The notes: generated from the letters alone by a model not told the origin. DNA of 61,871 bases from an uncultured Elusimicrobia bacterium (GCA_964358065.1 CAYHNV010000001.1:1-61871); one strand, 5' to 3'; positions 49,386-59,997 are shown, counted from the first letter of the stretch. A program made the numbers and translations.

Positions 49386-49979
49386 ATGAAACCCTCGAAC
49401 GCGCTATTGCTTCTCGGCCTTTTCCTTTGCTGGCCCATCGTCGCCCGCGCAGCCGGCCGGCACAACGGCGAGGCGGATAAAATACGAGCAACCATCATTT
49501 TTATCAATCCGTATGGGCAGACCACGGCTGACGGTTCCGGCACGACCTATAACATTCCTCAATGGAACTGGCGGTACTACGACAGCTCCCTGATCTACGC
49601 TCCGCAATGCCGCGGCACTGTGCCGCTCTACATCGTGGGTCTGCCGATGAGCTTTGATGTCACGCTGACCAATCTCGCGCCTCACGGCGACAAACCCTTC
49701 AAGATCCGCGTCCAGGCTCTCAGCAATGTATTGGAAACCAGCTGCTCCGCGGGCCAATCGCTGGGCAGCCAGGAGTTCCTCGTCGAGGATTTGCGCCCCG
49801 GCGAGACGCGGACGCTGCACTACTCGCTGAACATCAACGATCCGAACCTTCCGAGCGGCCTTGACGTCACCAAAATACGCATCCTACATCTGAACCAGGG
49901 CAATAATGAAGATGCCGGGGTGATTCTTGAAAGCTCCGCCTACTGGTGTCCGCCCAGCCTCAGGCTCAGCCATCCGTAG
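49386..49979 (+). CDS. Secreted hypothetical protein, CARDB/Ig-like beta-sandwich appearance
   Basis: Signal peptide MKPSNALLLLGLFLCWPIVARAAG. The pattern FDVTLTNLAPHGDKPFKIRVQAL...VEDLRPGETRTLHYSL is typical of CARDB-like domains. It is AT-richer than the window average by eye. Confidence 0.55.
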   Translation: MKPSNALLLLGLFLCWPIVARAAGRHNGEADKIRATIIFINPYGQTTADGSGTTYNIPQWNWRYYDSSLIYAPQCRGTVPLYIVGLPMSFDVTLTNLAPHGDKPFKIRVQALSNVLETSCSAGQSLGSQEFLVEDLRPGETRTLHYSLNINDPNLPSGLDVTKIRILHLNQGNNEDAGVILESSAYWCPPSLRLSHP

Positions 49980-49982
49980 GCG

Positions 49983-50507
49983 CTAAGGACCGGGGGGCTG
50001 CTTCCTCAGCGCGGCCTGAACGTCGCGTTCGACTTCCACCATGTCCTTCGCGCCGAACCAGCGCCGGAGCACCATGCCGTCCCGGCCGATCAGGTAGGCC
50101 GTGGGAAATCCGGGGGTCGACCAGCCGGTCGGCGGACGTTCGCTGTCGTTGAGGATCACGGGGTAGGCGATATCATGCTTGGCCCTGAACCGCTTGACCG
50201 CCTTCTCGCCTTCATCGTCCATCGAGACGCCAAGGACGGTAAAGCCCTTGGTCTGGAACTTCTTATGGAGGGCGTCGAGGTCCGGGATCTCGGCCACGCA
50301 CGGGTCGCACCAGGTAGCCCAGAAGTCCACGAGCACGACCTTGCCCGCGTAGTCGGAGAGCGCGGCTTTGCCGCCGCCGGAGAGCGGGCCCGCGAGCGCG
50401 GGAGCCTTCATGGAGCCCTTCGGCGCCTGAGACGGCGGGCCGGCGATGAGGAGGTAGACGAGCGCTGCGATTGCCGTCAGCGCGGCGCAAATTCCCAGTT
50501 TTTTCAT
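49983..50507 (-). CDS. TlpA/ResA-family membrane-anchored thiol-disulfide oxidoreductase
   Basis: ATG 50507 (MKKLGICAALTAIAALVYLL). The track start at 50516 is a GTG. Motif: VLVDFWATWCDPCVAEIP (CxxC). Confidence 0.88.
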   Translation of the reverse strand: MKKLGICAALTAIAALVYLLIAGPPSQAPKGSMKAPALAGPLSGGGKAALSDYAGKVVLVDFWATWCDPCVAEIPDLDALHKKFQTKGFTVLGVSMDDEGEKAVKRFRAKHDIAYPVILNDSERPPTGWSTPGFPTAYLIGRDGMVLRRWFGAKDMVEVERDVQAALRKQPPGP

Positions 50508-50512
50508 GACGC

Positions 50513-51250
50513 TCACATGGCCAGCCGGGTCATGCCCGTGGGCATGAGGCGGATGAGCGCGGTCAGGCGGTTGGAGAAGATGAGGATGCCCACGATGACA
50601 AGGAGAAGGCCTGCGCAGACCTCGCCGGCGCGGATGTATTTTTTATACCGGGAGAAAAAGCGCATGAACGCCCCGACCGCGAAGCCCGTGACGATGAAGG
50701 GGATGCCCAGGCCCATGGAATAGACGAAGAGCAGGCGCATGCCCTGGCCCACGGTCTCGCGCGTGGCGGCCAGGGCGAGGATGCCGGAGAGGATGGGCCC
50801 GATGCAGGGTGTCCAACCGCAGGCGAAGGCCAATCCCATCAAAAAGGAGCCGAGGTAGCCCGATTTGAAGGCTCCGGCGTCGGCGCGCTTGTGGTAGTAA
50901 AGGATGGGGATGTGGATGATCCCGGTCATATGCAGGCCGAAGAGCACGATGAGCCCGCCCGCGACCTTGGTCACGATGGGCATGTTGGCGGCCAGGAAGG
51001 CGCCTGCGGCCGAGGCGCTGGCCCCCAGGGCCGTGAAGACCACGGAAAAGCCCAACACAAAGAAGACGGACTCCCAGCCCGCGTGTCGGAAGGTCGTGCC
51101 GGATTTGGCGCCGTGGCCGAGTTCTTCCAAGGAAAGCCCGGACATGAAGGAGATGTAGCCGGGCACCAGCGGGAGCACGCAGGGCGACAGGAAGGAGACG
51201 ATCCCCGCGAGGAGTGCCGCGCCATAGCCGACGGTATCGACTTGGTTCAT
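50513..51250 (-). CDS. ccdA: Cytochrome c biogenesis/thiol-disulfide electron transporter CcdA (DsbD beta-domain family)
   Basis: Motifs: [17 protein letters not shown] and [16 protein letters not shown], the two conserved Cys-Pro motifs. 6 TM segments. Confidence 0.9.
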   Translation of the reverse strand: MNQVDTVGYGAALLAGIVSFLSPCVLPLVPGYISFMSGLSLEELGHGAKSGTTFRHAGWESVFFVLGFSVVFTALGASASAAGAFLAANMPIVTKVAGGLIVLFGLHMTGIIHIPILYYHKRADAGAFKSGYLGSFLMGLAFACGWTPCIGPILSGILALAATRETVGQGMRLLFVYSMGLGIPFIVTGFAVGAFMRFFSRYKKYIRAGEVCAGLLLVIVGILIFSNRLTALIRLMPTGMTRLAM

Positions 51251-51355
51251 GAGGGGGATACTAGCAATTCATTTGCAGGTCCGTTCGAGTCGCCGGTGAT
51301 GGGCGCCGGTCCGGCGCGAATTGTTACACTTGCGCGTGGGTGGACGGAGGGTAAT

Positions 51356-52390
51356 ATGACAATAAGAATCTTGCTCGCGCTGGTGTTGTCTTTAGTCGGG
51401 GCTCACGCCGACATCTTCGCCCAGGAGGCGTCTCGGATGAAAAAGAAGCATCAGGAATATCGCCGGCCTTCTGACGCGGAGTTGCGCAAGAAACTGACCC
51501 CGGAGCAGTACGCGGTCGCCTGCAACGCCGACACCGAGCCCGCCTTCCAGAACGCTTTCTGGAACAACCACGCCGCGGGCATCTACGTCGATATCGTCAG
51601 CGGCGAGCCCCTTTTCTCCTCGCTCGACAAGTTCGACTCCGGCTCGGGCTGGCCCAGCTTCACCAAGCCCCTGCTGCCGGGCAACGTCAAGGAGAAGTCC
51701 GACCGCCAGTTCGGCATGACCCGCACCGAGGTCCGCTCCGTTCACGGCGACAGCCACCTCGGCCACGTCTTCCCGGACGGGCCGAAGGACAAGGGCGGCC
51801 TTCGTTTTTGCATCAACTCCGCGTCCCTGCGCTTCATCCCGGCCGAGAAGCTGGAGGCCGAGGGCTACGGCGAGTTCCTGCCGCTCTTCGCCAAAGAGTC
51901 CAAGGAGACCGTCGAATTGGCGGGGGGGTGTTTCTGGGGGATGCAGCACATCCTGCGCAAGATCCCCGGCGTGCTGCGCACCGAGGCCGGTTACGCCGGC
52001 GGCAAGGTCGAGCATGCGACCTACAAGAACCACGAAGGCCACGCCGAGGCGGTCCAAGTGGTCTATGACCCGAAGAAACTGCCTTTCGAAGAGCTCCTGC
52101 GCTGGTATTTCCGGATGCACGACCCGACGACCTTGAACCGGCAGGGCAACGACACCGGCACTTCCTACCGCTCGGCCGTCTTCTACCACACCGAGGAGCA
52201 GCGCAAGGCCGCCGCGGCGATGAAGGAGAGGCTCAACAAGAAGGGCAAGTGGGGCGGCCCGCTCGTGACGGAGATCACCAAGGCGGGAGCCTTCTGGAAG
52301 GCCGAAGAGGACCATCAGGACTATCTGGTGAAGTATCCGACCGGCTACACCTGTCACTTCCTAAGGCCCGAGTCCGTTCTCGGGGACTAA
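51356..52390 (+). CDS. Secreted bifunctional methionine sulfoxide reductase MsrB-MsrA
   Basis: GGAGG lies 5 nt upstream of ATG 51356. Signal peptide [18 protein letters not shown]. MsrB motifs are GWPSF and RFCINSASL. MsrA motifs are GGCFWG and RSAVFY. Confidence 0.9.
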   Translation: MTIRILLALVLSLVGAHADIFAQEASRMKKKHQEYRRPSDAELRKKLTPEQYAVACNADTEPAFQNAFWNNHAAGIYVDIVSGEPLFSSLDKFDSGSGWPSFTKPLLPGNVKEKSDRQFGMTRTEVRSVHGDSHLGHVFPDGPKDKGGLRFCINSASLRFIPAEKLEAEGYGEFLPLFAKESKETVELAGGCFWGMQHILRKIPGVLRTEAGYAGGKVEHATYKNHEGHAEAVQVVYDPKKLPFEELLRWYFRMHDPTTLNRQGNDTGTSYRSAVFYHTEEQRKAAAAMKERLNKKGKWGGPLVTEITKAGAFWKAEEDHQDYLVKYPTGYTCHFLRPESVLGD

Positions 52391-52446
52391 TCGAGGGCCC
52401 GGCCATTTTGTATCATCGGCTCGTCTAGATATCGGAGGAGCCTGCC

Positions 52447-53859
52447 ATGACCATGACCGCCGCCAAGACCCGCGTCGAGAAGGACACCATGGGAGAGATC
52501 CCGGTGGCCGCCGACCGCTACTGGGGCGCCCAGACCGAGCGCTCTCTCCACCATTTCCAGGCTGGCGCCGGCCGCGACACGCTCACCCGCGAGTTGATCC
52601 GCGCCATGGGCGTCTTAAAAAAAGCCGCCGCCATGGCCAACGCCGAATTGGGTCTGCTCCCCAAGGAGAAGGAGAAGCTCATCCTTGCCGCCGCCGAGGA
52701 GGTCATCGAAGGCAAACTCGATACACATTTCCCGCTGGTGGTCTGGCAGACGGGCTCCGGTACTCAGTCGAACATGAATTCCAATGAAGTGATCTCCAAC
52801 CGTGCCATCGAGCTAGCCGGCGGGGCCCTGGGCTCCAAGAAGCCCATCCATCCCAACGACGATGTGAACAAGTCCCAGTCCTCCAACGACACCTTCCCGA
52901 CGGCTATGCACATTGCGGCGGCTGAGGTGCTCGTCCATGAATTGGTGCCCGCGGCGAAAGGCCTTCGCGACGCGCTGAAGAAAAAATCCATTGAATTTAA
53001 ATCGATCGTCAAGATCGGCCGCACCCATTTGATGGACGCCGTGCCCCTCACCCTCGGCCAGGAGGTCGGCGGCTGGGTCGCGCACCTGGACGCCGACCTT
53101 GCCCGCATCGAGATGGTCCTGCCCGGCATCTACGAGCTCGCCATTGGCGGCACCGCCGTCGGGACCGGCCTCAACACCCATCCGGACTTCGATCGGAAGG
53201 CCTCGGCTCATATCGCCAAGCTGACCAAGCTCCCCTTCAAGCCCGCCCCCAATAAGTTCGAGGCCTTGGCCGGCCACGACGCCCTCGTTTTCGCTCATGG
53301 CGCGTTGAAGACCCTGGCCTGCTCCCTGATGAAGATCGCCAACGATGTGCGCTGGCTGGCCTCCGGTCCACGCGCCGGCCTGGCCGAACTGCGCATCCCG
53401 GAAAACGAGCCCGGCAGCTCCATCATGCCCGGCAAGGTCAATCCCACCCAGTGCGAGGCGCTCACCATGATCGCCGCCCAGGTCCTGGGCAACGACGTCG
53501 CCATCAACATCGGCGGCGCCTCGGGAAACTTCGAGCTCAACGTCTTCAAGCCCCTGATCATCCACAACTTCCTGAACTCGGCCAAGCTCCTGGCGGCCGG
53601 CTGCCGTGGTTTCACCGAGCACTGCGCCGTCGGCATCCAGGCCGACGAGAAACGCATCGACGAGCTGATGCGCAGGAGCCTGATGCTGGTGACCGCGCTG
53701 AACACCCACATCGGCTACGACAGCTCGGCCAAGATCGCCAAGACCGCCCACGCCGAGGGCCTGACGCTCAAGGAAGCGGCGCTCAAGTTGGGCCTTGTCA
53801 CCGAGGGCCAGTTCGCCGATTGGATCAAGCCCGAAGAGATGTGCAAGCCGGGGCTCTGA
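52447..53859 (+). CDS. fumC: Class II fumarate hydratase
   Basis: Motifs: [35 protein letters not shown] and [16 protein letters not shown] (fumarate lyase signature). Confidence 0.95.
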   Translation: MTMTAAKTRVEKDTMGEIPVAADRYWGAQTERSLHHFQAGAGRDTLTRELIRAMGVLKKAAAMANAELGLLPKEKEKLILAAAEEVIEGKLDTHFPLVVWQTGSGTQSNMNSNEVISNRAIELAGGALGSKKPIHPNDDVNKSQSSNDTFPTAMHIAAAEVLVHELVPAAKGLRDALKKKSIEFKSIVKIGRTHLMDAVPLTLGQEVGGWVAHLDADLARIEMVLPGIYELAIGGTAVGTGLNTHPDFDRKASAHIAKLTKLPFKPAPNKFEALAGHDALVFAHGALKTLACSLMKIANDVRWLASGPRAGLAELRIPENEPGSSIMPGKVNPTQCEALTMIAAQVLGNDVAINIGGASGNFELNVFKPLIIHNFLNSAKLLAAGCRGFTEHCAVGIQADEKRIDELMRRSLMLVTALNTHIGYDSSAKIAKTAHAEGLTLKEAALKLGLVTEGQFADWIKPEEMCKPGL

Positions 53860-53860
53860 C

Positions 53861-54523
53861 ATGGACGATGCCCAGGCCGATTTGATCCGCCGCATCGCCT
53901 CCGTCGTCGGTCACGAGCTGCGCAATCCGATGGCCGTGATCAATAATTCCGCCTACTTCGTGAAAGCGAAGCTTGGGCAGGGGGCGCTCGACCCGAAGGT
54001 CGAGAAGCACCTGAAGATCATCGAGAGCGAGATCGCCCGCGCCGACGGCCTTATCAGCGACATCTTGGCCTACTCGCGCAAGTGCGAGCCGACGGCCGAC
54101 ATCCGCGCCATGGACTTGACCGTGAAGGAAGCCGTGGACTCCTTCAAGACGCCCGCGGGCTGTCGGCTCGACTTCAAGCCGGGAGCCAAGGACGCGAAGG
54201 TAAAAACCGATGCGCAAATGCTCTCGGATTCGCTCCAGCGTCTCATCGACAACGCGTTCGCCGCACAGGACGGAAAGGGGACCGTGAAGGTCGCCACCGG
54301 CGCGGGCAAGGAAGGCGTCTGGGTCTCCGTGTCGGATACCGGAACCGGCGTTGACACGAAGGTCAAGGATAACCTCTTCGAGCCCTTCGTCACCACCAAG
54401 CCCCGCGGCCTCGGCCTGGGGCTGGCCCTGGTCAAGAAGCTTATCACGGCCAACGGCGGCTCGGCCCACTGCGAATCCGGGCCCCAGGGTTCGACCTTTC
54501 GCCTGATCCTGCCGAAGGCTTAG
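53861..54523 (+). CDS. Cytoplasmic histidine kinase core (HisKA plus HATPase_c) without a sensor or TM domain
   Basis: ATG 53861 lies 1 nt after the fumC stop. H-box VVGHELRNPMAVI, N-box RLIDNAFAA, G1 SDTGTGV, G2 GLGLGLALVKKL. Only about 220 aa. Confidence 0.8.
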   Translation: MDDAQADLIRRIASVVGHELRNPMAVINNSAYFVKAKLGQGALDPKVEKHLKIIESEIARADGLISDILAYSRKCEPTADIRAMDLTVKEAVDSFKTPAGCRLDFKPGAKDAKVKTDAQMLSDSLQRLIDNAFAAQDGKGTVKVATGAGKEGVWVSVSDTGTGVDTKVKDNLFEPFVTTKPRGLGLGLALVKKLITANGGSAHCESGPQGSTFRLILPKA

Positions 54524-55291
54524 ATGACCCCCGAGACCATGGCCAAGCCCAAAGTCATCGTCGTCATGCCGGCCTATAACGCCGAGAAGACTCTGGAGAG
54601 GACCATCAAGGACATCCCCGCCGGTGTCGTGGACGAGATCATCCTTGTCGACGATTGCTCGCGCGATGGGACCGTCGCGCTCGCCAAGAGGCTGGGCTTG
54701 ACCGTCATCCAGCATGAAAAGAACAAAGGCTACGGCGGCAACCAGAAGACCTGCTACACCGAGGCACTGAAGCGCGGCGCCGAGGTGGTCGTCATGGTCC
54801 ACCCGGACTACCAGTACGACGCGCGACTGGTGCCCATCATGGCGGCGCTGATCACCAGCGACATCTGCGACATGGTCTGCGGCAACCGGATCCGCACCCG
54901 CTGGGAAGCGCTCCAAGGGGGGATGCCGGTCTACAAGTACCTCTTCAACCGTCTTCTCACCGGGCTGGAGAACGAGGTGATGGGGCAGAATCTGGGCGAG
55001 TGGCATTCCGGCCTGCGCGCCTACTCGCGCCGGTGCCTGGAGACGGTGCCGTGGGAGAATAACTCCGACGATTTCGTCTTCGACCAGCAGTTTCTGATCC
55101 AGGCCGCCATGCTCAAACAGCGCCTGGGCGACGTGCCCGTGCCTGCGCGCTACTTCTCGGAGGCCTCCTCCATCAACTTCCGCCGCTCCTGCGTCTACGG
55201 GCTGTCGGCCCTCTACTATCTGGCCCTTTCCGTGGTCCAACGCCTGGGACTTGCGAGCTTCGACCTCTTTAAGTCCAAGCAGGCGCGATGA
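54524..55291 (+). CDS. DPM1-like GT2 polyprenyl-phosphate sugar synthase (soluble type)
   Basis: Motifs: [31 protein letters not shown] and [10 protein letters not shown]. It is a paralog of 32261-33046 and is followed by a GT-C gene with an ATGA overlap. Confidence 0.82.
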   Translation: MTPETMAKPKVIVVMPAYNAEKTLERTIKDIPAGVVDEIILVDDCSRDGTVALAKRLGLTVIQHEKNKGYGGNQKTCYTEALKRGAEVVVMVHPDYQYDARLVPIMAALITSDICDMVCGNRIRTRWEALQGGMPVYKYLFNRLLTGLENEVMGQNLGEWHSGLRAYSRRCLETVPWENNSDDFVFDQQFLIQAAMLKQRLGDVPVPARYFSEASSINFRRSCVYGLSALYYLALSVVQRLGLASFDLFKSKQAR

Positions 55292-57228
55292 CCGCCGCTC
55301 TCTTCGCCGTTCTGACGGCCGCAATCGCCGCGGCGGTCGCCGCGGACGGACCTCTGCCTGCCTTGCGGCCGGGGATCCTTCCGCTGCTCCTGCTGGTCCT
55401 CTCGGGCACGGCCGCGGCCGGCGCGGGTCGGCGACTGGTCGGCCTTCTGACAAACGATTTGGATGAGGAAGAGAAGACGGTCGCGGGGGCGACGCTCGGA
55501 CTAGGATGTTTGTCGGTTGGGGTGTTTGCCCTCGGAGCCGTCGGCCTTTTCAAGCCGTGGGCCTGTTCGATGTTGTTGGGGGTGTTCTGGCTCGCCGCCT
55601 GGCCTGAAATCCAGCCGATGACGGATTCACTCCGTGCCGGGGTAAACCGTGCCGCTGAGAAACCGTGGCTGTGCGCGCTGATCGGCTTGCCGCTGCTCCT
55701 CGTGCTGTGGGCGTGCCTGGTGCCCCCGCACCAGTACGACTCGCTCGTCTACCATTTGGAGCTCCCTCAGGAGTATCTCCGCGCGGGTCGTTTGCACGCT
55801 CCTGAGGGCTTGGTGTATGCGCACTTCCCTCAGAACGGCGAGATGTTGTTCACCCTCGCTCTCCTCCTCGGTTCAGACGTCTTGGCTCAGATGTTCGTCT
55901 GGCTCTCCACGGCGTTGACCGTGGGTTGGCTGCTCACTTTCGGCCGTCGCCTCACGATCGCCGCCCCCTGGGCCGCCGTGCTCGTCGCCACGCATTCCGC
56001 AGTCCTGGCCATGTCCTCGACGACGTATGTCGAACCCCTGGTGATGCTGTGGTGCACCGCCGCGATCCTGGCCTTTGAGGCCTCCGATGTCGGCGCCAAG
56101 AAAGGCCTCCTCATCTTGTCGGCGGCGTTCACCGGCCTGGCCCTGGGCACCAAGTATTACGCGGGCCTGACGGCTATTCTGCTTGTTGCTCGTCTGGTCT
56201 ACCGTGACCGCCTGCGCGAGAGCGTGCTGTTTACACTCATCGCCACGGCGGTGTTCTCCCCGTGGCTGATCAAGAATGCCGTTCTCATCGGCAATCCGGT
56301 TTTTCCGTTTCTTTACCAGATTTTTCCAGCGACTTCTCTCGGTTGGACCGCTGATCTTGCCTCCGGTTATTTCTCGGTCCTGAGCGAGTACGGCCACGCG
56401 CATGGCTGGCTCCGCGATCTGGCGTCTTTGCCCATACTTCTTTTCCGCAATCCCCTGCGCTTCGGCGGCGGCATGGATGTCCTGGGAGACATCGGCTGGG
56501 ATCTGACGCTCTGGCTGTGGCCCGTCGGCTTATGGGCGGCGTGGCGGGGGAAGGCGCCCAAAGGTCTGGCGGTGTTCAGCGTTCTCTACTTCGCGGGCTG
56601 GTTTGCGACGGGCGTGGTCCTGCGCTTCCTGACCGCGGTCGCACCCGTGCTGGCGCTGCTGGGTGCTGCGGGCGGCGCGGGCATCTTCGAGCGGGGCTCC
56701 GCGCCTTTGCGCGGCCTCGCCGCGGCCGCGGTCGGCGTGATGATTGCCTCGCACCTCTTCCTCGTCTTGTTCGTTCACGGCGTCTTCGGCTCGGGATCCT
56801 TCCTGCTGGCCCTCGAGGACCGCGAGACGTTCCTCTCGCGGCGGCTGGACTACTATCCGTGCGCGGCCTACCTCGCGCGCGGCCCAGCAAGCGGCGGCAA
56901 GACTCTCATCGTGGGCGAGCAGCGCGGCTACTACTTCTCCACGGCGCATCGGACCAGCACGGTGCATGCTCCCAACCCCTATTTTCTCCGTGCCGATGCG
57001 GCCGCTTCCCCCGAGGACCTGGTCCGCGCCTTGCGCTCCGACGGCTACGCGCGCCTGGTCTTCGTGCCGCGCGAGACGCGCCGCCTGAACGCCGGACTGG
57101 GGACTTTGAGCGAGCGCGGCAAGGCCAACTGGCTCGGCATGCAACCCCTGCTGAAGACGGAGTTCCGCGGCAGCGCTTGCCTGGTCGCTTCCTTGGGGAG
57201 CGCGCCATATGAGGTGCTCCCAAAATGA
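55288..57228 (+). CDS. GT-C-fold membrane glycosyltransferase (PMT_2-like)
   Basis: More than 12 TM segments. Early-loop motif [18 protein letters not shown]. Soluble C-terminal domain. Pairing with the GT2 supports the call. Confidence 0.7.
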   Translation: MTAALFAVLTAAIAAAVAADGPLPALRPGILPLLLLVLSGTAAAGAGRRLVGLLTNDLDEEEKTVAGATLGLGCLSVGVFALGAVGLFKPWACSMLLGVFWLAAWPEIQPMTDSLRAGVNRAAEKPWLCALIGLPLLLVLWACLVPPHQYDSLVYHLELPQEYLRAGRLHAPEGLVYAHFPQNGEMLFTLALLLGSDVLAQMFVWLSTALTVGWLLTFGRRLTIAAPWAAVLVATHSAVLAMSSTTYVEPLVMLWCTAAILAFEASDVGAKKGLLILSAAFTGLALGTKYYAGLTAILLVARLVYRDRLRESVLFTLIATAVFSPWLIKNAVLIGNPVFPFLYQIFPATSLGWTADLASGYFSVLSEYGHAHGWLRDLASLPILLFRNPLRFGGGMDVLGDIGWDLTLWLWPVGLWAAWRGKAPKGLAVFSVLYFAGWFATGVVLRFLTAVAPVLALLGAAGGAGIFERGSAPLRGLAAAAVGVMIASHLFLVLFVHGVFGSGSFLLALEDRETFLSRRLDYYPCAAYLARGPASGGKTLIVGEQRGYYFSTAHRTSTVHAPNPYFLRADAAASPEDLVRALRSDGYARLVFVPRETRRLNAGLGTLSERGKANWLGMQPLLKTEFRGSACLVASLGSAPYEVLPK

Positions 57229-58259
57229 AAGCCGACTTCGGCCTCTATGCCGCCTGCTTCGCGGTGGCGGCCACGATCTCGTTTTTTTTGACGCCCTTCG
57301 TGCGCTTCTTTGCGGTCCGTTTCGGTTTTCTGGACGCCCCCAGTTCCGAGGTCAAGACGCACAAGTCGCCCACGCCCGTCTTCGGCGGGGTGGCCATCTA
57401 CGCGGGTTTTGCGGGCGCGGTCCTGCTCATGCGCCTGACCACGAATTTCCCCTCCGGCACGCTCTACAACCTGCGTGCCCTCTTGATGGGGGCGACGCTG
57501 GTCTTCGCGCTCGGCCTCATCGACGACCTCAGGCGCCCGCAGGGTTTGGATTACAAGCCCAAATTCGTCGTCCAGTTCCTGGCCACCGCGATCCTGGTGC
57601 TCTTCGGTCTGCGCATCCGTTTCATCAGCCCGACCTGGGTCGCGGGAATCATCACCGCCGTCTGGGTGGTCGGGGTTACAAACTCCTTCAACATCATCGA
57701 CATCATGGACGGCCTGGCGACGAGCCAGGCCGCCGTCGCCGCCTTCGGCTTCCTGCTCATCTCCCTGCCCTCCGAGGAACTTTACGTCAATTTCGCCGCC
57801 GCCGCCCTTGCGGGTGCGGCGTTGGGCTTCCTGCCGTGGAATCTTTCCAAGAGACATAAGATCTTCATGGGAGATTGCGGCAGCCTGACGCTCGGCTTCC
57901 TGCTGGCGGGCCTTTCCCTGGGCGTGCGCTATTCGGATGTCAACGACGTGGGCGTCTTCGCGCCTCTGGTCATCCTTTTCGTGCCCATCTTCGACACTTT
58001 TTTCGTGAGCATCCTGCGCCTCAACCAGGGCCGCTCGCCTTTTCTAGGCTCGCGCGACCATTTCGCCCTGCGGCTGGAGCGCATGGGCTTTCTGCGCGGC
58101 CACGTCGTGCTGATGGCCACGCTGGCGGCCAGCTTCTTCTCTTTCTGCGCGTTCCTGGCGACCATCTATCCCCTCAAGGGCGCTCTTGCCATGTACGCCT
58201 TGGTTGCCGCGGCGGTATACTGGCTGGGACGGCGGATGGCGCTCATCGACATGCGATGA
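57225..58259 (+). CDS. Polyprenyl-phosphate N-acetylhexosamine-1-phosphate transferase (MraY/WecA, glycosyltransferase 4 family)
   Basis: Motifs: LGLIDDL, VTNSFNIIDIMDGL (NxxNxxDGxDGL-type), LPWN and FMGDCGSLTLGF. Confidence 0.88.
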   Translation: MKADFGLYAACFAVAATISFFLTPFVRFFAVRFGFLDAPSSEVKTHKSPTPVFGGVAIYAGFAGAVLLMRLTTNFPSGTLYNLRALLMGATLVFALGLIDDLRRPQGLDYKPKFVVQFLATAILVLFGLRIRFISPTWVAGIITAVWVVGVTNSFNIIDIMDGLATSQAAVAAFGFLLISLPSEELYVNFAAAALAGAALGFLPWNLSKRHKIFMGDCGSLTLGFLLAGLSLGVRYSDVNDVGVFAPLVILFVPIFDTFFVSILRLNQGRSPFLGSRDHFALRLERMGFLRGHVVLMATLAASFFSFCAFLATIYPLKGALAMYALVAAAVYWLGRRMALIDMR

Positions 58260-59614
58260 AGACCGACGTTCTCATCCTGGGCGGAGGCTTGGCCGGCCTC
58301 TCGACGGCCTATCACCTGGGCCGCCTCGGCGCACGCTCGCGTCTGGTCCTTGAGGCCCAGCCGACCATCGGCGGCGCCGCGAGTTCCGTTTCCCAGGACG
58401 GCTTCATCTTCGATCACACAGGGCATCTCCTCCACCTGCACGACCTGTATGGCAAGAAGCTGATCCTGGATCTGCTGAAAGGCAATCTTGCCGTCCACGA
58501 GCGTCGGGCGGCCATCTTCTCCAAGGGGACGCTGACCCGTTATCCATTCCAGGCCAACACGAAAGGCCTGCCGCGCAGCGTGATCGTCGATTGCGTCGCC
58601 GGTTTCCTGGAGACAGTCCACCGTCCGCGCCCCCTGCCTCGCGCCCCCGATTTTCTCTCCTGGTGCCGCGTCGTTTTCGGAAACGGCATCACTCATCACT
58701 TCCTGAAGCCCTACAACGAGAAGCTCTGGCAGATGAGCCTCGCGAAAATGACGACGGAGTGGCAGGGCCGCTTCGTGCCCAAGCCTACCTCCTCCGAGGT
58801 TCTTTATGGGGCCCTGACCGACTCCAACAAGCTCTTCGGCTACAATGCGACCTTTCGTTATCCCCTGCGCGGCGGCATCCAATGTCTGCCCGACGCCCTG
58901 GCCGGGCGCCTGGAGGAGGGGGTTGTCAGGACAAACTGCCGCGTCACGGACGTCGACTTGAGGGAGAAGACCGTCCGGGTCGCGGGATTAGGCGAAGTGC
59001 ATTACGACCGGCTGGTGAACACCTTGCCCTTGTCGTCGTTTTTGGACATGATCGGGGCGCTGCCGGCCCCCGTGCGGGACGCGCGGCGCCGGCTGCGCTG
59101 GACCACCGTCTGGAACCTCAACCTCGGCGTGGCCCGGAGGGCTGTCACCGACAAGCACTGGATTTATTTCCCCGAGAAGAAGTTCCCGTTCTATCGCGTC
59201 GGCTCATCCAGCAATTTCTCATCCTCCGTCGCTCCGGCGGGCCACAGCGCGCTCTATGTCGAGGTCGCGCGGCCGCAAGGCGCGCGCGTGGACAAGGCCC
59301 GTCTCGAAGAGGATATCCTCGGCGGCCTGCGTGAGTGCGGCTTGCTTAGAAGGACCGACGAGCTCTCGGCGCGGATCTGGATGCCGATCGAGGTCGGGTA
59401 TGTCGTGTACGACTTCGCGCGCACGCCGTCGGTGAAGACCATCTTCCGCCATCTGGACGGCCTCTGCGTGGAGTCCATCGGCCGCTACGGGGCGTGGAAG
59501 TATTCCTTCATGGAAGAGACGTTGCTTGACGGCAAACGCTGCGCCGAACGCCTGGCCGGCGTCGCCTCCTCTTCCGTGGCCGTGGAAGACGGGGAGTTGC
59601 GCGTCCTCAAATGA
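58256..59614 (+). CDS. FAD/NAD(P)-binding oxidoreductase, UGM/amine-oxidase-like (paralog of the C-domain of 19997-21880)
   Basis: The ATG at 58256 overlaps the upstream stop. Motifs: DVLILGGGLAGLSTAYHL, FLKPYNEKLW and GRYGAWKY. Confidence 0.75.
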   Translation: MKTDVLILGGGLAGLSTAYHLGRLGARSRLVLEAQPTIGGAASSVSQDGFIFDHTGHLLHLHDLYGKKLILDLLKGNLAVHERRAAIFSKGTLTRYPFQANTKGLPRSVIVDCVAGFLETVHRPRPLPRAPDFLSWCRVVFGNGITHHFLKPYNEKLWQMSLAKMTTEWQGRFVPKPTSSEVLYGALTDSNKLFGYNATFRYPLRGGIQCLPDALAGRLEEGVVRTNCRVTDVDLREKTVRVAGLGEVHYDRLVNTLPLSSFLDMIGALPAPVRDARRRLRWTTVWNLNLGVARRAVTDKHWIYFPEKKFPFYRVGSSSNFSSSVAPAGHSALYVEVARPQGARVDKARLEEDILGGLRECGLLRRTDELSARIWMPIEVGYVVYDFARTPSVKTIFRHLDGLCVESIGRYGAWKYSFMEETLLDGKRCAERLAGVASSSVAVEDGELRVLK

Positions 59615-59997
59615 GACGCTTGGTCCTCCCGCTTTGCGTCGGCGTGTTCCTCTCGGCCTGCGTGGCCGAGAGCGTGGAGCGCCGTCGTCCGCGCAAAGGG
59701 CCGATCAAAGAGGTCGGTTACGTGGACTACGGCGGAGGCTCCGTGCGCTACGCCCTGTCGGGCTGGTCATGGTTCGTCAAGGGCCGTCGGCGCGACGCCC
59801 TGCGCCGCATGCGCAAGAACTGCGGCAGGGATCTGGAGCCGCTCGTGATCGATGAGTACGCGCGGACGGATGCCGACGCGTCCTATGTGGGCGACGACCT
59901 CGCCGTCAGCATCCAGCTGGGGGGTGAGCATTATAAAATCGAGCCCTTCGTCCACCTCCTCTATGAATGCCGTCCGCGCTCGGAGACACCCCAATGA
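59611..59997 (+). CDS. Hypothetical lipoprotein
   Basis: MRRLVLPLCVGVFLSAC carries the lipobox LSAC. 128 aa. ATGA overlaps at both ends. Confidence 0.6.
   Translation: MRRLVLPLCVGVFLSACVAESVERRRPRKGPIKEVGYVDYGGGSVRYALSGWSWFVKGRRRDALRRMRKNCGRDLEPLVIDEYARTDADASYVGDDLAVSIQLGGEHYKIEPFVHLLYECRPRSETPQ

Noticed and set aside
53825-55453. 542-aa antisense ORF spanning the histidine kinase and GT2 genes
   Set aside because: It crosses two well-supported sense genes and is R/G/A/D-rich without motifs. It is a high-GC artefact.
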